Source of the DNA: a bacterium
GTDB lineage: Bacteria; Patescibacteriota; Gracilibacteria; Absconditabacterales; Absconditicoccaceae
Length of the DNA: 42,914 bases
Direction of reading: 5' to 3'
Assembly: GCA_020629735.1 (NCBI GenBank)
Contig: JAHDCT010000001.1
Span: forward strand, 1-42,914
Positions 22,894 through 34,387 of this stretch are shown piece after piece (positions within the stretch are counted from its first letter, which is position 1; the number at the start of each line of letters is the position of its first letter). The position numbers and the translations under genes are program-made. The notes below the pieces were generated by a model. It was not told the DNA's origin, ran no database searches, and saw only the letters and a program-made list of their open reading frames with translations.

Positions 22894-22925
22894 CTCGAAT
22901 AAAGTTGTCGTCCTTCATTCATTAA

Positions 22926-25900
22926 TTAATTGCCTTGTTCACCCCCTGTCGGAAAGAGGATGTTGTAGGCTTTTTCAGCATCAGATACAGCAGAACGAAA
23001 TTTGAGGATTGCCTCTTTCATTAAACGCTGAGCTTCTGCCTTATTGTTTGCAGTTGTGTTTTCAAAGGTTAATTCGCCATTGTTGACAACAGGTATTGGA
23101 ACATTGAAACCTTGCTTTTGAGCAGTACTTATTTGGTAATCCGTTATAAAGCGGTCTTCATAAAGGTTTGGTATTTCACCTGTCATGCGCTCATATTTAA
23201 CTATTTCATAAGGTGGTATCCCCATTACTAAGTTAAAAATCGCCTCGTCAACGGTTCTTCCCCAAGCTAAGTTATCACCTTCAGCAGCAATAATTAACTT
23301 GATTGATGGCAACTCTGCCTTTCCATCTTCGAAAGCTGACACATAAAAAGGCTCAATAAAAACCACCGTAGAGTCAATAGGTATGGTTATCATGTTACCA
23401 CGAAGTACCTTCGACCCTTTATCATCGAGCCAACTAATTTGAGTTGACATCAATGTATTTCCTGAAATCAAAGACTCAATTTTCCATGGAGCATACACAT
23501 TTAAGTCCATTGGGTAATAGAGCAACTCTAAGTCAAGATAGGTTTCATAATCAGATGAACCTGCAAGAATAGCTCGCAAAAAATCTCTTGGCTCTCCATC
23601 CGACTGGGGCTCAGGAGTAAAATTAATAACAGTATTAAAACCAAAATGCCCATGAGCATTTAACATCATTTGTCTTGGAACCATCTGTGTTCTCTTACCT
23701 AAGTATTTCTCATGTCCTACCTCCCAACCATAAAAGTTAGAATAAAACTCTTCAGGCTTATCTTGGTGGTATCTTTTAAGCATATACTTTTGCGCATAGA
23801 TGTAATCCAAAGGATAGATGAGATGTTCTAACACATCTGCAGGCATGCTCTCAAAGGGTTTGAACATTCCCGGCAGAATTTTCATAATTGTAGTCATTAT
23901 TGGATCCTCTTCAGGATACACAGAATAGAAATCTACTGTTCCATCATAGCTATGGACTATTGCCTTCGCTGATGGACGGATGTAGTTAAATTTCTCGTCC
24001 TTCGTAGAGTCCAATTCTGACATATTTAGATGATTTGAGTAAGGGAACTTATCTGATTTGGTGTATCCATGCACCATCCAAACCAAAGAGCTATCCTCCG
24101 TAATTATTGGATGTGCATCTTCGTCCCAATCAATCATTGGACATAAAGCCTCAACTCTTTCCTTAACCTGTCTACGCAACAAGATTCTTGAGTTCTCATT
24201 AATGTTTGGCTGCCCAAATACTAACTTAGAGTCGTACTCATATCCAAAAAACCACTTCTTCCAACCTGAACCAATATTAATTCCTGCCTTACCCTTATAG
24301 ACAGAACGCCTTGTTTTATTTCCATCAGGAAAGTCATATTCTTTAATGTTTGTATTAACATAGAAGAATTTTCCTCCCTTGTTGTCCGCCTCTTGAAAAT
24401 AAATCTTTGGAGATGGTTTAAGTTGTTTGAAGATTGGAAACCCTGTTTGTAAATCATACTCATTAGCTACCATTGAAAAGAAACCGTCCCCATGACCATA
24501 CTCGTAATACTGAGTAATATAGGTCTTAGGATCTAAACCTTCCTGGCTTAACTCAATAGGAGCATACATCATCAAAACGCTATCTTCTCTACATATATCA
24601 ATATCACCCACAATGTACTGAGGAAATTTGGTTACGTTCTCAGTTACAATCCTACTTGTCGCACTAAAGTCCAAAACTCTTGCATTACCGATAAGAACAC
24701 GATTTCTCCGCACACTTTCGATAGTCAAGCCGGGCTTATAGGCAACTTCCTTTTTGGTCAACCTACTTGATAAGCCAAAACCTTCAAGGGTAGACTGAAT
24801 ATTATTATTGATATACTCTTTTTCCACATTACTCTCATTTGGCGCAACAACATAACTTTGAATCAATCCTGGCACAACAAGACTGTTCAAAAGCAATTGT
24901 ATTCCCACGATATTTACTATAATATTTATAGGAACTGAGTATTCATCAGGCTTATGCTGTCCCCAAAAGAACCAAACTAAAGCATAGATTCCTGCTGTTA
25001 CTATACCTACAATAATCCAATGGGTGTACGCACCACCTGACATAATCAACGGCAATGCAATGGCGAAAATTGCTATGCCGAAAGTTGCATGTGACAAGTT
25101 ATGAAACAACTTGCTTTTTGACTTCACAAAAGTTATTAAAAGCGCAATAATAGACAAAGCTAAATAGATAAATTGGGAGGCTTTGCTAACAGGAATTCGA
25201 ACATTTTTATCGGTGTAACCAACTCCGATCATATTCAAATTAGTACCCGCTTCATGACTCGAAGAAAGTAAATTGTAGAGGTCTAACTGAACGCCATAGA
25301 TGGATACTAAGCACCAGACAGAAAACCAAACTCCTACTGACTTAGGAAAATGATCAAGGAACTCCTCTGTATCCCAATTGTTTCTGCTTGTTTTGACACC
25401 ATGGTAAATAAAAGCCATAAGTCCCATAACTACAGCAAACCATAACACACTTGAGACAAGCATATCTCTAACAGACAAATCCATCAAATAAAATGCGTTA
25501 TCCAAATTGAAAATTTTATCTACTGAAGCTCCCATTTCTCCGTAGTTCCAAAATTTCAATAATTCAAACCATTTTGAGCTTAATGTGCCTGCAAAAAGAG
25601 ATGCGAGTGAAATGCCAACCAACCCTGATACTATACCATTTAGATAGGGTTTTAATTCCTTATTTTTTTTATATTCAATGCTTTGGTTGAACAAATAAGC
25701 AGAATACACGGTGAATAAAGTTCCCAGCACCGAAAAAATAAGAAAGAATGCCTTAAGTTGACCAAAATTCTGCAACCAAAAGACATCTTCACGACCAAGT
25801 TTTTTAAACCACCAAAAGTCAGTTAGGTAGCCTGCCAACAGATCATGGATAATTATCCCGACTAATGTGACTATAGGTAAAACCCAATGCCACCATCTCA

Positions 25901-26024
25901 GCCAAGACAATTTCGTTTCCTCACTCTCTTTATTAGAGTTCGCTTTCTTATCTCTACGATAAAAAGCCCACGCTCCTGGGACAAAGGAGAGAAGGAAAGT
26001 TGTTAAGAAGATAGTTAAATACAT
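22926..26024 (-). CDS. UPF0182-family large polytopic membrane protein (1,032 aa), UGA-free
   Basis: Uninterrupted even in the standard code. N-terminal third has about 7 TM helices (...FWWFKKLGREDVFWLQNFGQLKAFFLIF...), followed by a large soluble domain. Overall layout and length match UPF0182 as I recall it. About 69 Gly by my count, none encoded by TGA. Confidence 0.85.
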   Translation of the reverse strand: MYLTIFLTTFLLSFVPGAWAFYRRDKKANSNKESEETKLSWLRWWHWVLPIVTLVGIIIHDLLAGYLTDFWWFKKLGREDVFWLQNFGQLKAFFLIFSVLGTLFTVYSAYLFNQSIEYKKNKELKPYLNGIVSGLVGISLASLFAGTLSSKWFELLKFWNYGEMGASVDKIFNLDNAFYLMDLSVRDMLVSSVLWFAVVMGLMAFIYHGVKTSRNNWDTEEFLDHFPKSVGVWFSVWCLVSIYGVQLDLYNLLSSSHEAGTNLNMIGVGYTDKNVRIPVSKASQFIYLALSIIALLITFVKSKSKLFHNLSHATFGIAIFAIALPLIMSGGAYTHWIIVGIVTAGIYALVWFFWGQHKPDEYSVPINIIVNIVGIQLLLNSLVVPGLIQSYVVAPNESNVEKEYINNNIQSTLEGFGLSSRLTKKEVAYKPGLTIESVRRNRVLIGNARVLDFSATSRIVTENVTKFPQYIVGDIDICREDSVLMMYAPIELSQEGLDPKTYITQYYEYGHGDGFFSMVANEYDLQTGFPIFKQLKPSPKIYFQEADNKGGKFFYVNTNIKEYDFPDGNKTRRSVYKGKAGINIGSGWKKWFFGYEYDSKLVFGQPNINENSRILLRRQVKERVEALCPMIDWDEDAHPIITEDSSLVWMVHGYTKSDKFPYSNHLNMSELDSTKDEKFNYIRPSAKAIVHSYDGTVDFYSVYPEEDPIMTTIMKILPGMFKPFESMPADVLEHLIYPLDYIYAQKYMLKRYHQDKPEEFYSNFYGWEVGHEKYLGKRTQMVPRQMMLNAHGHFGFNTVINFTPEPQSDGEPRDFLRAILAGSSDYETYLDLELLYYPMDLNVYAPWKIESLISGNTLMSTQISWLDDKGSKVLRGNMITIPIDSTVVFIEPFYVSAFEDGKAELPSIKLIIAAEGDNLAWGRTVDEAIFNLVMGIPPYEIVKYERMTGEIPNLYEDRFITDYQISTAQKQGFNVPIPVVNNGELTFENTTANNKAEAQRLMKEAILKFRSAVSDAEKAYNILFPTGGEQGN

Positions 26025-26067
26025 AATTTTCTTTTAAACTTTGTAATTTTAATGGACGACAAATCAC

Positions 26068-26095
26068 TTTATATATACTACAAAATAAATGTCAA
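26068..26095 (-). promoter_or_regulatory. sigma70-like promoter of UPF0182 gene
   Basis: On the - strand: TTGACA (26090-26095), 16-nt spacer, TATAAA (26068-26073). Embedded in the last codons of the upstream gene. Confidence 0.45.
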
Positions 26096-27652
26096 TATAT
26101 TTAAAATACAAAAAAAACACCAAACAATCCCTGTTTGATGTCTTTATTTTTCTTACTTCTAACCAGTATATTTATATCCTACTCTTTCTACGGTGTAAGC
26201 GTTTCATAATCAGATTTGGTCTAACTTTATTTTCTTCTCTTTTACCTCTCCGTCTGGTCATTCTCATCTGACGATAATATGATCATTTCACACTTCGTCA
26301 ACTGTTACTTTGTAAAGATTTTCATTATTCTCTGCTAGAAAGCATTTCATGTTTTTTTTGAATGAAAGTGTTGCATTTGGATTTGGTATTTCATCGTCAT
26401 ATCAACTAAAGAATCTAAAGTTTTCTGAGTAAATCTTATCTCCTATACGAGTAAGAGCCTCATTTAAATTATCTCCTATATGGACTTTCCCTTTTTTGAT
26501 ATGTGTAGAGCGAGCAAAATCTTGAATCATTTTATCTATCTGAACTTTATACTCTCAAATTTTGCCATGATCTTCTAATACCAGAGCTTCAAGTTGCACT
26601 AGGACTTGCTCATCGTATGCAGCAACAATATCTTTTTTATACAGTTTTACTTTTCTAGCAAATTCCTTTAATTTTCGCTCATTTTTATAATATCGTTCAT
26701 CTGCTCATTTGAATATATGCTTTACTTCATTTCCCTTTGCGTACATATCTGCAAAATTCAGTTTTATTCCACCAAGTTTTACTCCATCATTTAAAACTTC
26801 TTCAATTGATCCTTCTATATTATTTCATTGGTTATTATATTGGATATACATTCCTACTTTCAGTTCTTCTTGCCCGAGTGATCTCTCAAGTTTTTGAAGT
26901 TCTTCAGAATTTATCACGGAAATTATCTCCTTAAATACTTCATTATCTAAATTATCGCTAGATGAATAGCTCCTTTCTGTATAATCTATAAATACCTGAT
27001 GCTGAGTGAGCTCAAAAATGCTTTCTTTGTATCTGTCTAAATAGACATACTTTTTGTGGTATCAATCAAGTCTTCTGCATATTTTTAAAAACGCTTCCCC
27101 TTCCCCTGTATTCTCCCCATACGTTTCTTGGCCCAAAATCATTTTCAACTTCATCTGATTTTCGAGAGATTCAATATACCAAGCATCTTCATCTTTGTAT
27201 TCAATTTCAGCAGATACGATACTACTTTCTTTGAGACGAGAATCATCTTCCATTATAAGAATTGAGTCATCTTCTGATGAAGTGAAATCTTTTATCTTTC
27301 ATGTTACCGTTTCTCCTTCGTTGGTAATGAGGACGACTTGCATTCCTGACCCTAAGAGATCTGGAGTCGCCATTCTTAGCTTTGGACTTTCGGCGTACTC
27401 GATATCTGGTAATTCCCCTTCTCTATACTTATTTAAAAGTAACTTTGCCTCATCTAATCACGATGCGAAAATTATTCAACTTGTCTCTTTTGTTCACTCT
27501 TCCATAGGTACAATAGGTGCATTTTTACGCATCATAATTTTTACCGCAAACTCCGCTTGGAGCTCGATTATTCTCATAAGTGCGTCTTCATCTACGTGAT
27601 GTAAAATTTTATCGTTTTCGAATTTATACATCTTATCTTGCTTATTCTCCAT
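26078..27652 (-). CDS. hypothetical protein (524 aa)
   Basis: ATG at 27652, walked codon by codon to TAG at 26078-26080. Many in-frame TGA. No family recognised (MENKQDKMYKFENDKILHHVDEDALMRIIELQAEF...). Confidence 0.8.
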
Positions 27653-27713
27653 AGTGATTGCTAAGGTTAAAACAATTATAATATACCCGATTCTTCGATT
27701 AAGTCAATTTTTC

Positions 27714-30700
27714 TTACTTTTTGAAATCTACCAACAGTGCCTTTGAGTAGTCTCAATGTAACTGTAAATCTTCAATATGCGCCTTATCAATCTGTTCTGT
27801 CAGTACAGCTAATGCTATTGGAGAAGCTCCAGCCGTCGCTCCAGCAAGCTGCTCTAGTTTAAATAGCATTTTTTTCAACATTTTCACATTAGTGAAAGAG
27901 ACCGTTTCATGAGATATAGGTATACTATTTACAAATGCGGTAACTGGTAGATTATGCTTTCTTGCGAAGAGTATTCGGGGGAGATAGTGCTCCAGAAAAT
28001 TATATGAAATTTCTTCAAGTACGCCTTCCGGACTATCTCTGTACTGATACATGATTGATTTTTTTGTTTCTGGTACCAGATGAGAACGACTAAAATTTAT
28101 TACTATCTTATCATAATTCTCAGGGATAAGTTTCCATCATTGACCCGCTAAATATGCTTCTGCCTCCTCAAATAGATTCCTACTATCTTCCTTACTTACT
28201 TCTAGGTACGAGAGAAAATCACGAGAAGAGCTTCTTTTTACTGTATGTGATGCTCATAGTTCTTCTACAAGTTCTTCTATTGAAGCCGTTGAGATAGTAT
28301 GCCCTAGTTTTGTCAGCCCATCTTTGATATCTTCTCGATCTTCAAACCACTCTTTTTTCTCATCTTCATCAACTACTAACCCAATTGTTGAAAGTTCTGA
28401 AACAGACAAATAATCTTTTTCCTTGATTAGCTTTGCAATTTCGTCTCTAAATTTATGCACTCGTTGTATACGATATTTTACTTCCCCTAATCATACTAAT
28501 GCTGCTCACACTGCTGAAAGCATAAACAGAATTAATCCTATCATTCATCGATAAGATCAAATATCTCTGTACTCGTTATGTCCATACGGATCAACTACGC
28601 TGAGTATTTTTCTATGTGTATCAGCGACCACCTTTTCATCTACTTTTTTTCCATCTTTAAATTCTTTTGCAAGCTTCGTAAAGATTCTTTTTACTCAGGC
28701 CAATTGCCTTTGCGTCAGCTCTTGTCCTCACATAACTACTGTATACAATTTGTAAGGCTCTACTGCTCACAAATTTATATAGTATTCTCGTACTTCGTCT
28801 TCAGTGAAAAGCTCTGGGTATTTAACGACATCATGCATTTTACTTACTGCCCTATATGTTCTAGCTTGATCATTCCATGTAGGAAAATTATCTAAATGTT
28901 CTTGTGCATTCTTTGATACTACTTTTAGTTTTAATGAATCCATATCAGAAACATTCAGACATATCACACTCATTACTAAGCAAAAGATTGCTGATACCGT
29001 ATATGGTGTACGCTTATTTTGATTTTCTGCTTCTAGAGTATCAAGCCGGTTGTCAATTGGAAAAGAGAGCTTGCCAGAATAAAGCTCATTGAACTTCTTC
29101 GCCAGCTCTTTCATTGTCTTTCTCCTTCTCTTTGTGTAAACAGCAAAAAAGGCTAGTAAGTATACTCCCAATGTACCAACAAGATATATAAAATAATCTC
29201 TTATATCACTGTTAACCTCATCTAAAAAGTCGTAGATTTCCTTTGCAAGTGGACTTCTATCTTTAATCATTGGATCGAGATACTGATCTAAGGTATGTTT
29301 GAATCAGTCTGATTTTTTTAACATATCTGCCGCATTCTTCTTATTTTGCTGACGAAAGTACTCTTCCACTGCTTGACTAAATCACACTCCTTGGCCATTC
29401 ATATATCTGATAATTTCTTCTTTTGCTTGCTCATCGTCATGTATCTTAAATGATACATCGATTTGTGACTTGATAAAAGCAGCCTGATCTTCCATTATTT
29501 TATCAACTGCTTCATGCTTTCCTTTATAGAGCTCATCAAAAAACGGAACTGTTTCTTCAAAGTTATAGATATGAAAGATACTATCTACTTGTTGAGTAAT
29601 TGTTGCACGCAATGTAGTCGTACTAATAATTTCATCTAAAGAAATAGTTCAATTCTTTTCACATTCTTCAGCAAGATATGTTATCGTTCTTCTTGATACT
29701 GATTCTCATACAAGGTCTTTTTCTTCAAGATACTCTTTTATAATTGTTCAGCTCGCCTGCCTCAGACCGTATTTCGGATCGTTATAGTGAAAAATAAAGT
29801 TTTGGTCTTTTTTTCGATCTTCATATGCTTCATCGGAAAATAGGTGTATTCTTAGTTTCTCAGCTAGATATTCGAGATCTTTCATATACTTCATATGGAG
29901 AAAGTTAATCACCTTCTCTTCTGCCTTTGAAGGTTGCTGATAAGAAGCCCAGCGGGGTTTGAAAAGCTTATTGTATATATTTTCTCTTAGCGTTGAATCT
30001 ACTTGATAAGAGAAGTAGTTTGGATCATATTCTCATTTGCCGGTGAAATTAAAAGTATCTACTTGCACTCCAGCATACTTACTTCAACTTCACTGAATTT
30101 CTTCGGCAATTTCTTCTTCAAACTGCTTTCTTGTATTAAAAAACCAGTCTAAGCCTCATTCTCTTCCTTGTGATGTTCAATTCCCTTTTCCATTACCTCA
30201 GCCTCTTCACCCACTCCCTGTTCCGATTCATTCTCATCATGTATCCTGCTCATCGTTCTTTTCTTCTTTTTGGGGTCTTTGATGTCATAAGTTTTCGTTT
30301 GTTTCAAAATCAACATCCGGTACATTACCTGGCAATTGATCTTTAGGGCTTCTCGTAGCGAGCTCCTCAGCATTTTCTAAAAGGTAGTTCATTCATTTCT
30401 TTGCTTTTTCTGCATCTGAGATATCGAGTTTATCGATTTCATAGAAATAACTCTGTTGATATCTAATAATTAAATCTGTCAATGCATCTCTTGTTCATGG
30501 TGTTTGTAGAGAGTGTGATCTTGCTGCTATTATTCATTTTGTTCATCAACAAAAAAATGCGATAGCAACAGGATCAACAATATCCTCGCTGAATATTCTA
30601 ATAACTTTTTGTAAATGTTTAGCATAGTCTCGATTTGGTGGCTGAGAGTCTGAGTTTTTATAATTATAATACAGTTTTGCTGAAAAATTTTCAAATCAAT

Positions 30701-32324
30701 CATAGCCTCAATATGCCTTGTCTATCATAAGCATATTTAGTATATGAGGCGCATATGGATCATATTCGTCATATACATCGTGGTTCGTCAATTTATAGAG
30801 AATATGTTGTGTTATCGCTTCAGTAAGTCATTCATTTCTCATAGTTGAAGCTGATGTTCAAGTAAGTCCATGAACAAGTTCGTGTATGATAACATGTATT
30901 ACTTCTCGCGTATTTCCTCTTTTGAGGAGTTCCTCATCTAGATAGACATCTTTATCAGTTGGATTATCAGCCCGTGATTTATATAGTCCAATGACATGGC
31001 CAGGCAGGTCCTCCACCCTAATTTCATCTACTATTCAAACCTCAAAATCAGCTTTTTTTACCGCGTCTTTTCAACGTACGGTTTTTATGGTTTCATAAAA
31101 CGCCAACTTCACTAAATCAAAATCGATAACTTCGTTATTTTCTACCGTTTCTTCTAGGTTTGAAAAATCATTATGTTTGTGAAAGTGTCCAATTTCGTGT
31201 TCATGAGGATGTCCATGCTTGTGATGGTCAAATTCATCTTTATCAGGTATAGTTAGGACACTGATTCAGGTTGCTCCGTGATCATATAAATTCTCGTAAT
31301 CTCTAAAAAGCAGTTCATTATCTATTTCTTCAGCTGGTATCGCATCATCATCTTTTTCTTGCCAAGGATACTGGATCTTCTTTCCGATAGGTCATGCACT
31401 AGTTTCTATCGCTATAGGCTCGTTGATTATCTCTGCAACTTTCGTTCAAACAACACTTAAGATCGCAATCGTTCCAATTCCTACATAGGTCCAGTTAACT
31501 GCTTTGGGTCTTTTTCTTAACATCTTCTTGAAAAGCTTCCGATGCTTCTCTTGATGAGTCTTTCAATCTCGTTCTTCTTCAAAATATGAAAAATAGCTCT
31601 TTACAGATTCTGAGTCTAGTTCATGCACGGCAGCATGACCTACATATCTTAATCATGCTGCTATTACTCAAGATACTTTGCTTAGCAAAGGTGCAAAATC
31701 GATATTATTTTGGAAATACAATCACTTAATTTCTTTCAACAATGCTTCTATTGTCTCCTTATCGTATCCATCTTGAACGCACATCTTGAGTAAGTCACAA
31801 TACGCACAAAATATAAGTGGTTTACTATATCCTTCTCAAGTTTCAAGGAAAGGAAATGATTTAAGCAGACTCTTTCACTCCTCTAGTTTTTCAAAGGAAG
31901 CATAAAGCGGCTTCTTGTAAGAATATTCACGTTCTCCAAGAGTGAAATCTATTCCCTTTTCTCCTCTTTGATAGCCAAAGGTTGTTCGTTTTCTACGCTT
32001 CTTCTTCCTCTTTTCCTTTCATTCTTTTTCTATTTTTCCCTTATCTTCTTTTCCTTTTGATACCCAGGTACGGTCAAGAAAGGGATATGAGGTATATATA
32101 TCTATCTCGCGAGGCTCCTCATCTACTTTAACTCATTTATTTCACCTAAATGACTCTGTATAAAAATTCTGTAAACTTTTTTCGATTAGGGCTTTGTAGT
32201 TTTGACGGAGAAATTTCTGTTGTTTGTCATTTTTTCCAAGCACCTCAAAAGCACTCTGATTATAGCCAGAGATATGTGTTGTAATATTTTTCGAATAAGA
32301 AAACGAGTCTAATCTAAATATCAT
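27714..32324 (-). CDS. 1,536-aa membrane-anchored protein with HExxH (gluzincin-like) metalloprotease motif
   Basis: Five standard-code fragments (32142.., 29382.., 28767.., 28254.., 27753..) share one frame. All gaps were scanned and contain only TGA, from ATG at 32324 to TAA at 27714-27716. TM helix ...KAVNWTYVGIGTIAILSVVGTKVAEII. His-rich DKDEFDHHKHGHPHEHEIGHFHKHND. VIHVIIHELVHGLTGTSASTMRNEGLTEA (HELVH at 30870-30884, with NEG..E 12 residues later). Gly-rich linker. Three further hydrophobic helices (YFIYLVGTLGVYLLAFFAVY, TVSAIFCLVMSVICLNV, MIGLILFMLSAVGAALVGLG). Confidence 0.85.
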
Positions 32325-32749
32325 ATAAACCTATTTATAAATCATATACTTCTCTTCTTCACGCAGCCTAGCAAACCTTATTCGTGACAGTCCGTCCTTC
32401 AAAGACCTATACAGTTCTTCAAATGAAATACACTATTTGTGACCTCACATCTTGCTTTAGGTATAAAATGAATTCGTTTATCTGTTTTGGCTCTCACTAC
32501 GATCATATTTGAAAATCTAATTCTTCATTCCATACGAGAGTATTTTAACGGTATTTATTTTTTTACGGCCGCATGTAATTCTTCGGTTTGCAAAAGAATT
32601 ACTATAACTAGCTCAGTCTTTCAACTCTATGCTTTTATTGTCAAGCATCCAAATCATTCTCGTATCTGTTTACTCTTTTTATACAATTGTTTTCTCGATT
32701 TGATTTTCTTTGAGCACTATAATGAAAAATCTATGCTCAAACGTATACT

Positions 32750-32777
32750 TTTATATGTAAATCACAATCATTGTCAA
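32750..32777 (-). promoter_or_regulatory. sigma70-like promoter upstream of the 1,536-aa gene (long leader)
   Basis: On the - strand: TTGACA (32772-32777), 16-nt spacer, TATAAA (32750-32755). Lies about 420 nt upstream of the ATG at 32324. Confidence 0.4.
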
Positions 32778-32812
32778 TACTTATAATTCAATGAATATTC
32801 TTTGATATAAAT

Positions 32813-32837
32813 AAAAAGCGTGCCTAAACACGCTTTT
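32813..32837 (-). terminator. intrinsic terminator after RT gene
   Basis: Stem AGCGTG / CACGCT with a 6-nt loop. Flanked by an A-run (32813-32817) and a T-run (32834-32837). Starts 9 nt after the RT stop. Confidence 0.6.
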
Positions 32838-32845
32838 CTACAACT

Positions 32846-34387
32846 TTAAAGGAGGTTTGAATTTGGACTCACTCAGTCTGTTATAATCACATTGGGTGCA
32901 ATCTTCACCTTTGGAAAGAGATTCTTCTTAGCTAATTTAAACCGCTTGTCAAATTCGTTAGGCACCTTTCTCTTAATATCTTTAATAAAATTTCTAATTC
33001 CATGTAATACGTAGGCAACTTGCATAACATCTACCTCTCATCCAGTTGTTAGATACTTTGTACTTAACTGCTTCGGGTTTTGTGCTACTAGTTTTGCAAA
33101 TGCTATATAGTTGAGCATTTTTTTCTCAGCAATACCCAAGCGACCATCAGGTCAAATGGTAATTCAGGTAATTTCTTTAGCAGTGGCTGATAATGGTGTC
33201 CACATTTTTTCTTTTTCAAACTTCAGCTTTCGATTATTTTGCCCTTGCACAATTTTTATCAAACGTAGTCTAAGCTGTTCAAACTGGTCTTCATTTTCTG
33301 CTCAATCAACTCATTTCAGGGACTTGTCAAGTATTCAAATTTGTGTAAAGATTTTCTCTTTGTGGCTGTTGAGTTTCGCTTTTATGAATTCATTATCACG
33401 GAGACCTTCTAATCACTGCTTAATTAAAATGATTGCATTGTAGGTACGACGCTTCGAGTCTTGATCTTCAAATATTTTTTCTGCAGGCGTTTCTATATTT
33501 ATAAATCAAACTAACAACTGCTCTACTTGTAAGAGTATTGAATCTATTTCTTCTCATACCGTAGTTGGCTCATTTGAATTATTTTTTACTTCCTCTCCTA
33601 GTTTCTTTATTTTCTTTATCACTTTATGAACAGCCTTTGAAAATTCTCAGAAGTTTTCAAAATATTTAAAGCTGATCGCCATATCATCAATATATCTTGT
33701 GAACATAGGATTTACTAAGATCGAATTCTTATCATTGAGTGCTCAAATGATTTGACTATCCGTCTTTCACATAACGATATTTAACATACGAGCACTTGTA
33801 GGTGATCATTGAGGTAACTTTCCTTCATGAGAAGTTAAGGTTGTTAGCACATCAACAAACGTCTTTCTTTGTTCACTATCTAGATATGGATATGAAAGAT
33901 CAAATATTTTTTCTAATCATCCGTTTAAATTTGCATTAATTCTTCCTGCATCTACTGAAGGGTATGCACTTGCGATATCAGTTGTTAAAAGATACCCAGA
34001 CTGTCTATGAAAATTAGCGTTTTTACTTGGTCTGGTTCCTAGTTCTCATCATTGCACTGCTGTCGAAACAGGCACTTGTCTCAAGTTAACTAATAAGCTT
34101 TTTTGCAATCTTTTTAGCGGAACACTTGGTGCTGATATCCTTCTTTTCTCTTTACTTTTTCCTCACTTATCAACGAGAAAATCAAAATACCCTCATGTTA
34201 ATTTCTTTTCCACGTCACTTCCTCTGAGAGTAACCATTCCTGTTGATTTTGGGGTTAATCTTTGTTTTAGCGTTTCTTTTAACGAGTTTTGAGAACAATT
34301 CAAGAAATGACAAAGTGCTTTCAAGACTTGCTTATCTCTCAAAATTGGCATAATTTCTTTTGAATCTTCCCATTTTATAGCTTCCAT
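32846..34387 (-). CDS. retron-type reverse transcriptase (513 aa)
   Basis: ATG at 34387 (a TTG at 34414 is also in frame), TAA at 32846-32848, frame scanned line by line. Motifs: KRRISAPSVPLKRLQKSLLVNL; GYLLTTDIASAYPSV; GKLPQGSPTSARMLNIV; FTRYIDDMAISF (YxDD, 33683-33694); AKEITGITIGPDGRLGI (33165-33173, resembling the VTG motif of retron RTs). No maturase/endonuclease tail. Confidence 0.85.

Noticed and set aside
30149-30373. Standard-code ORF suggesting a gene end or boundary inside the 1,536-aa gene
   Set aside because: The main frame stays open (only TGA) for more than 2 kb on both sides, and the alternative frame has no plausible upstream continuation.
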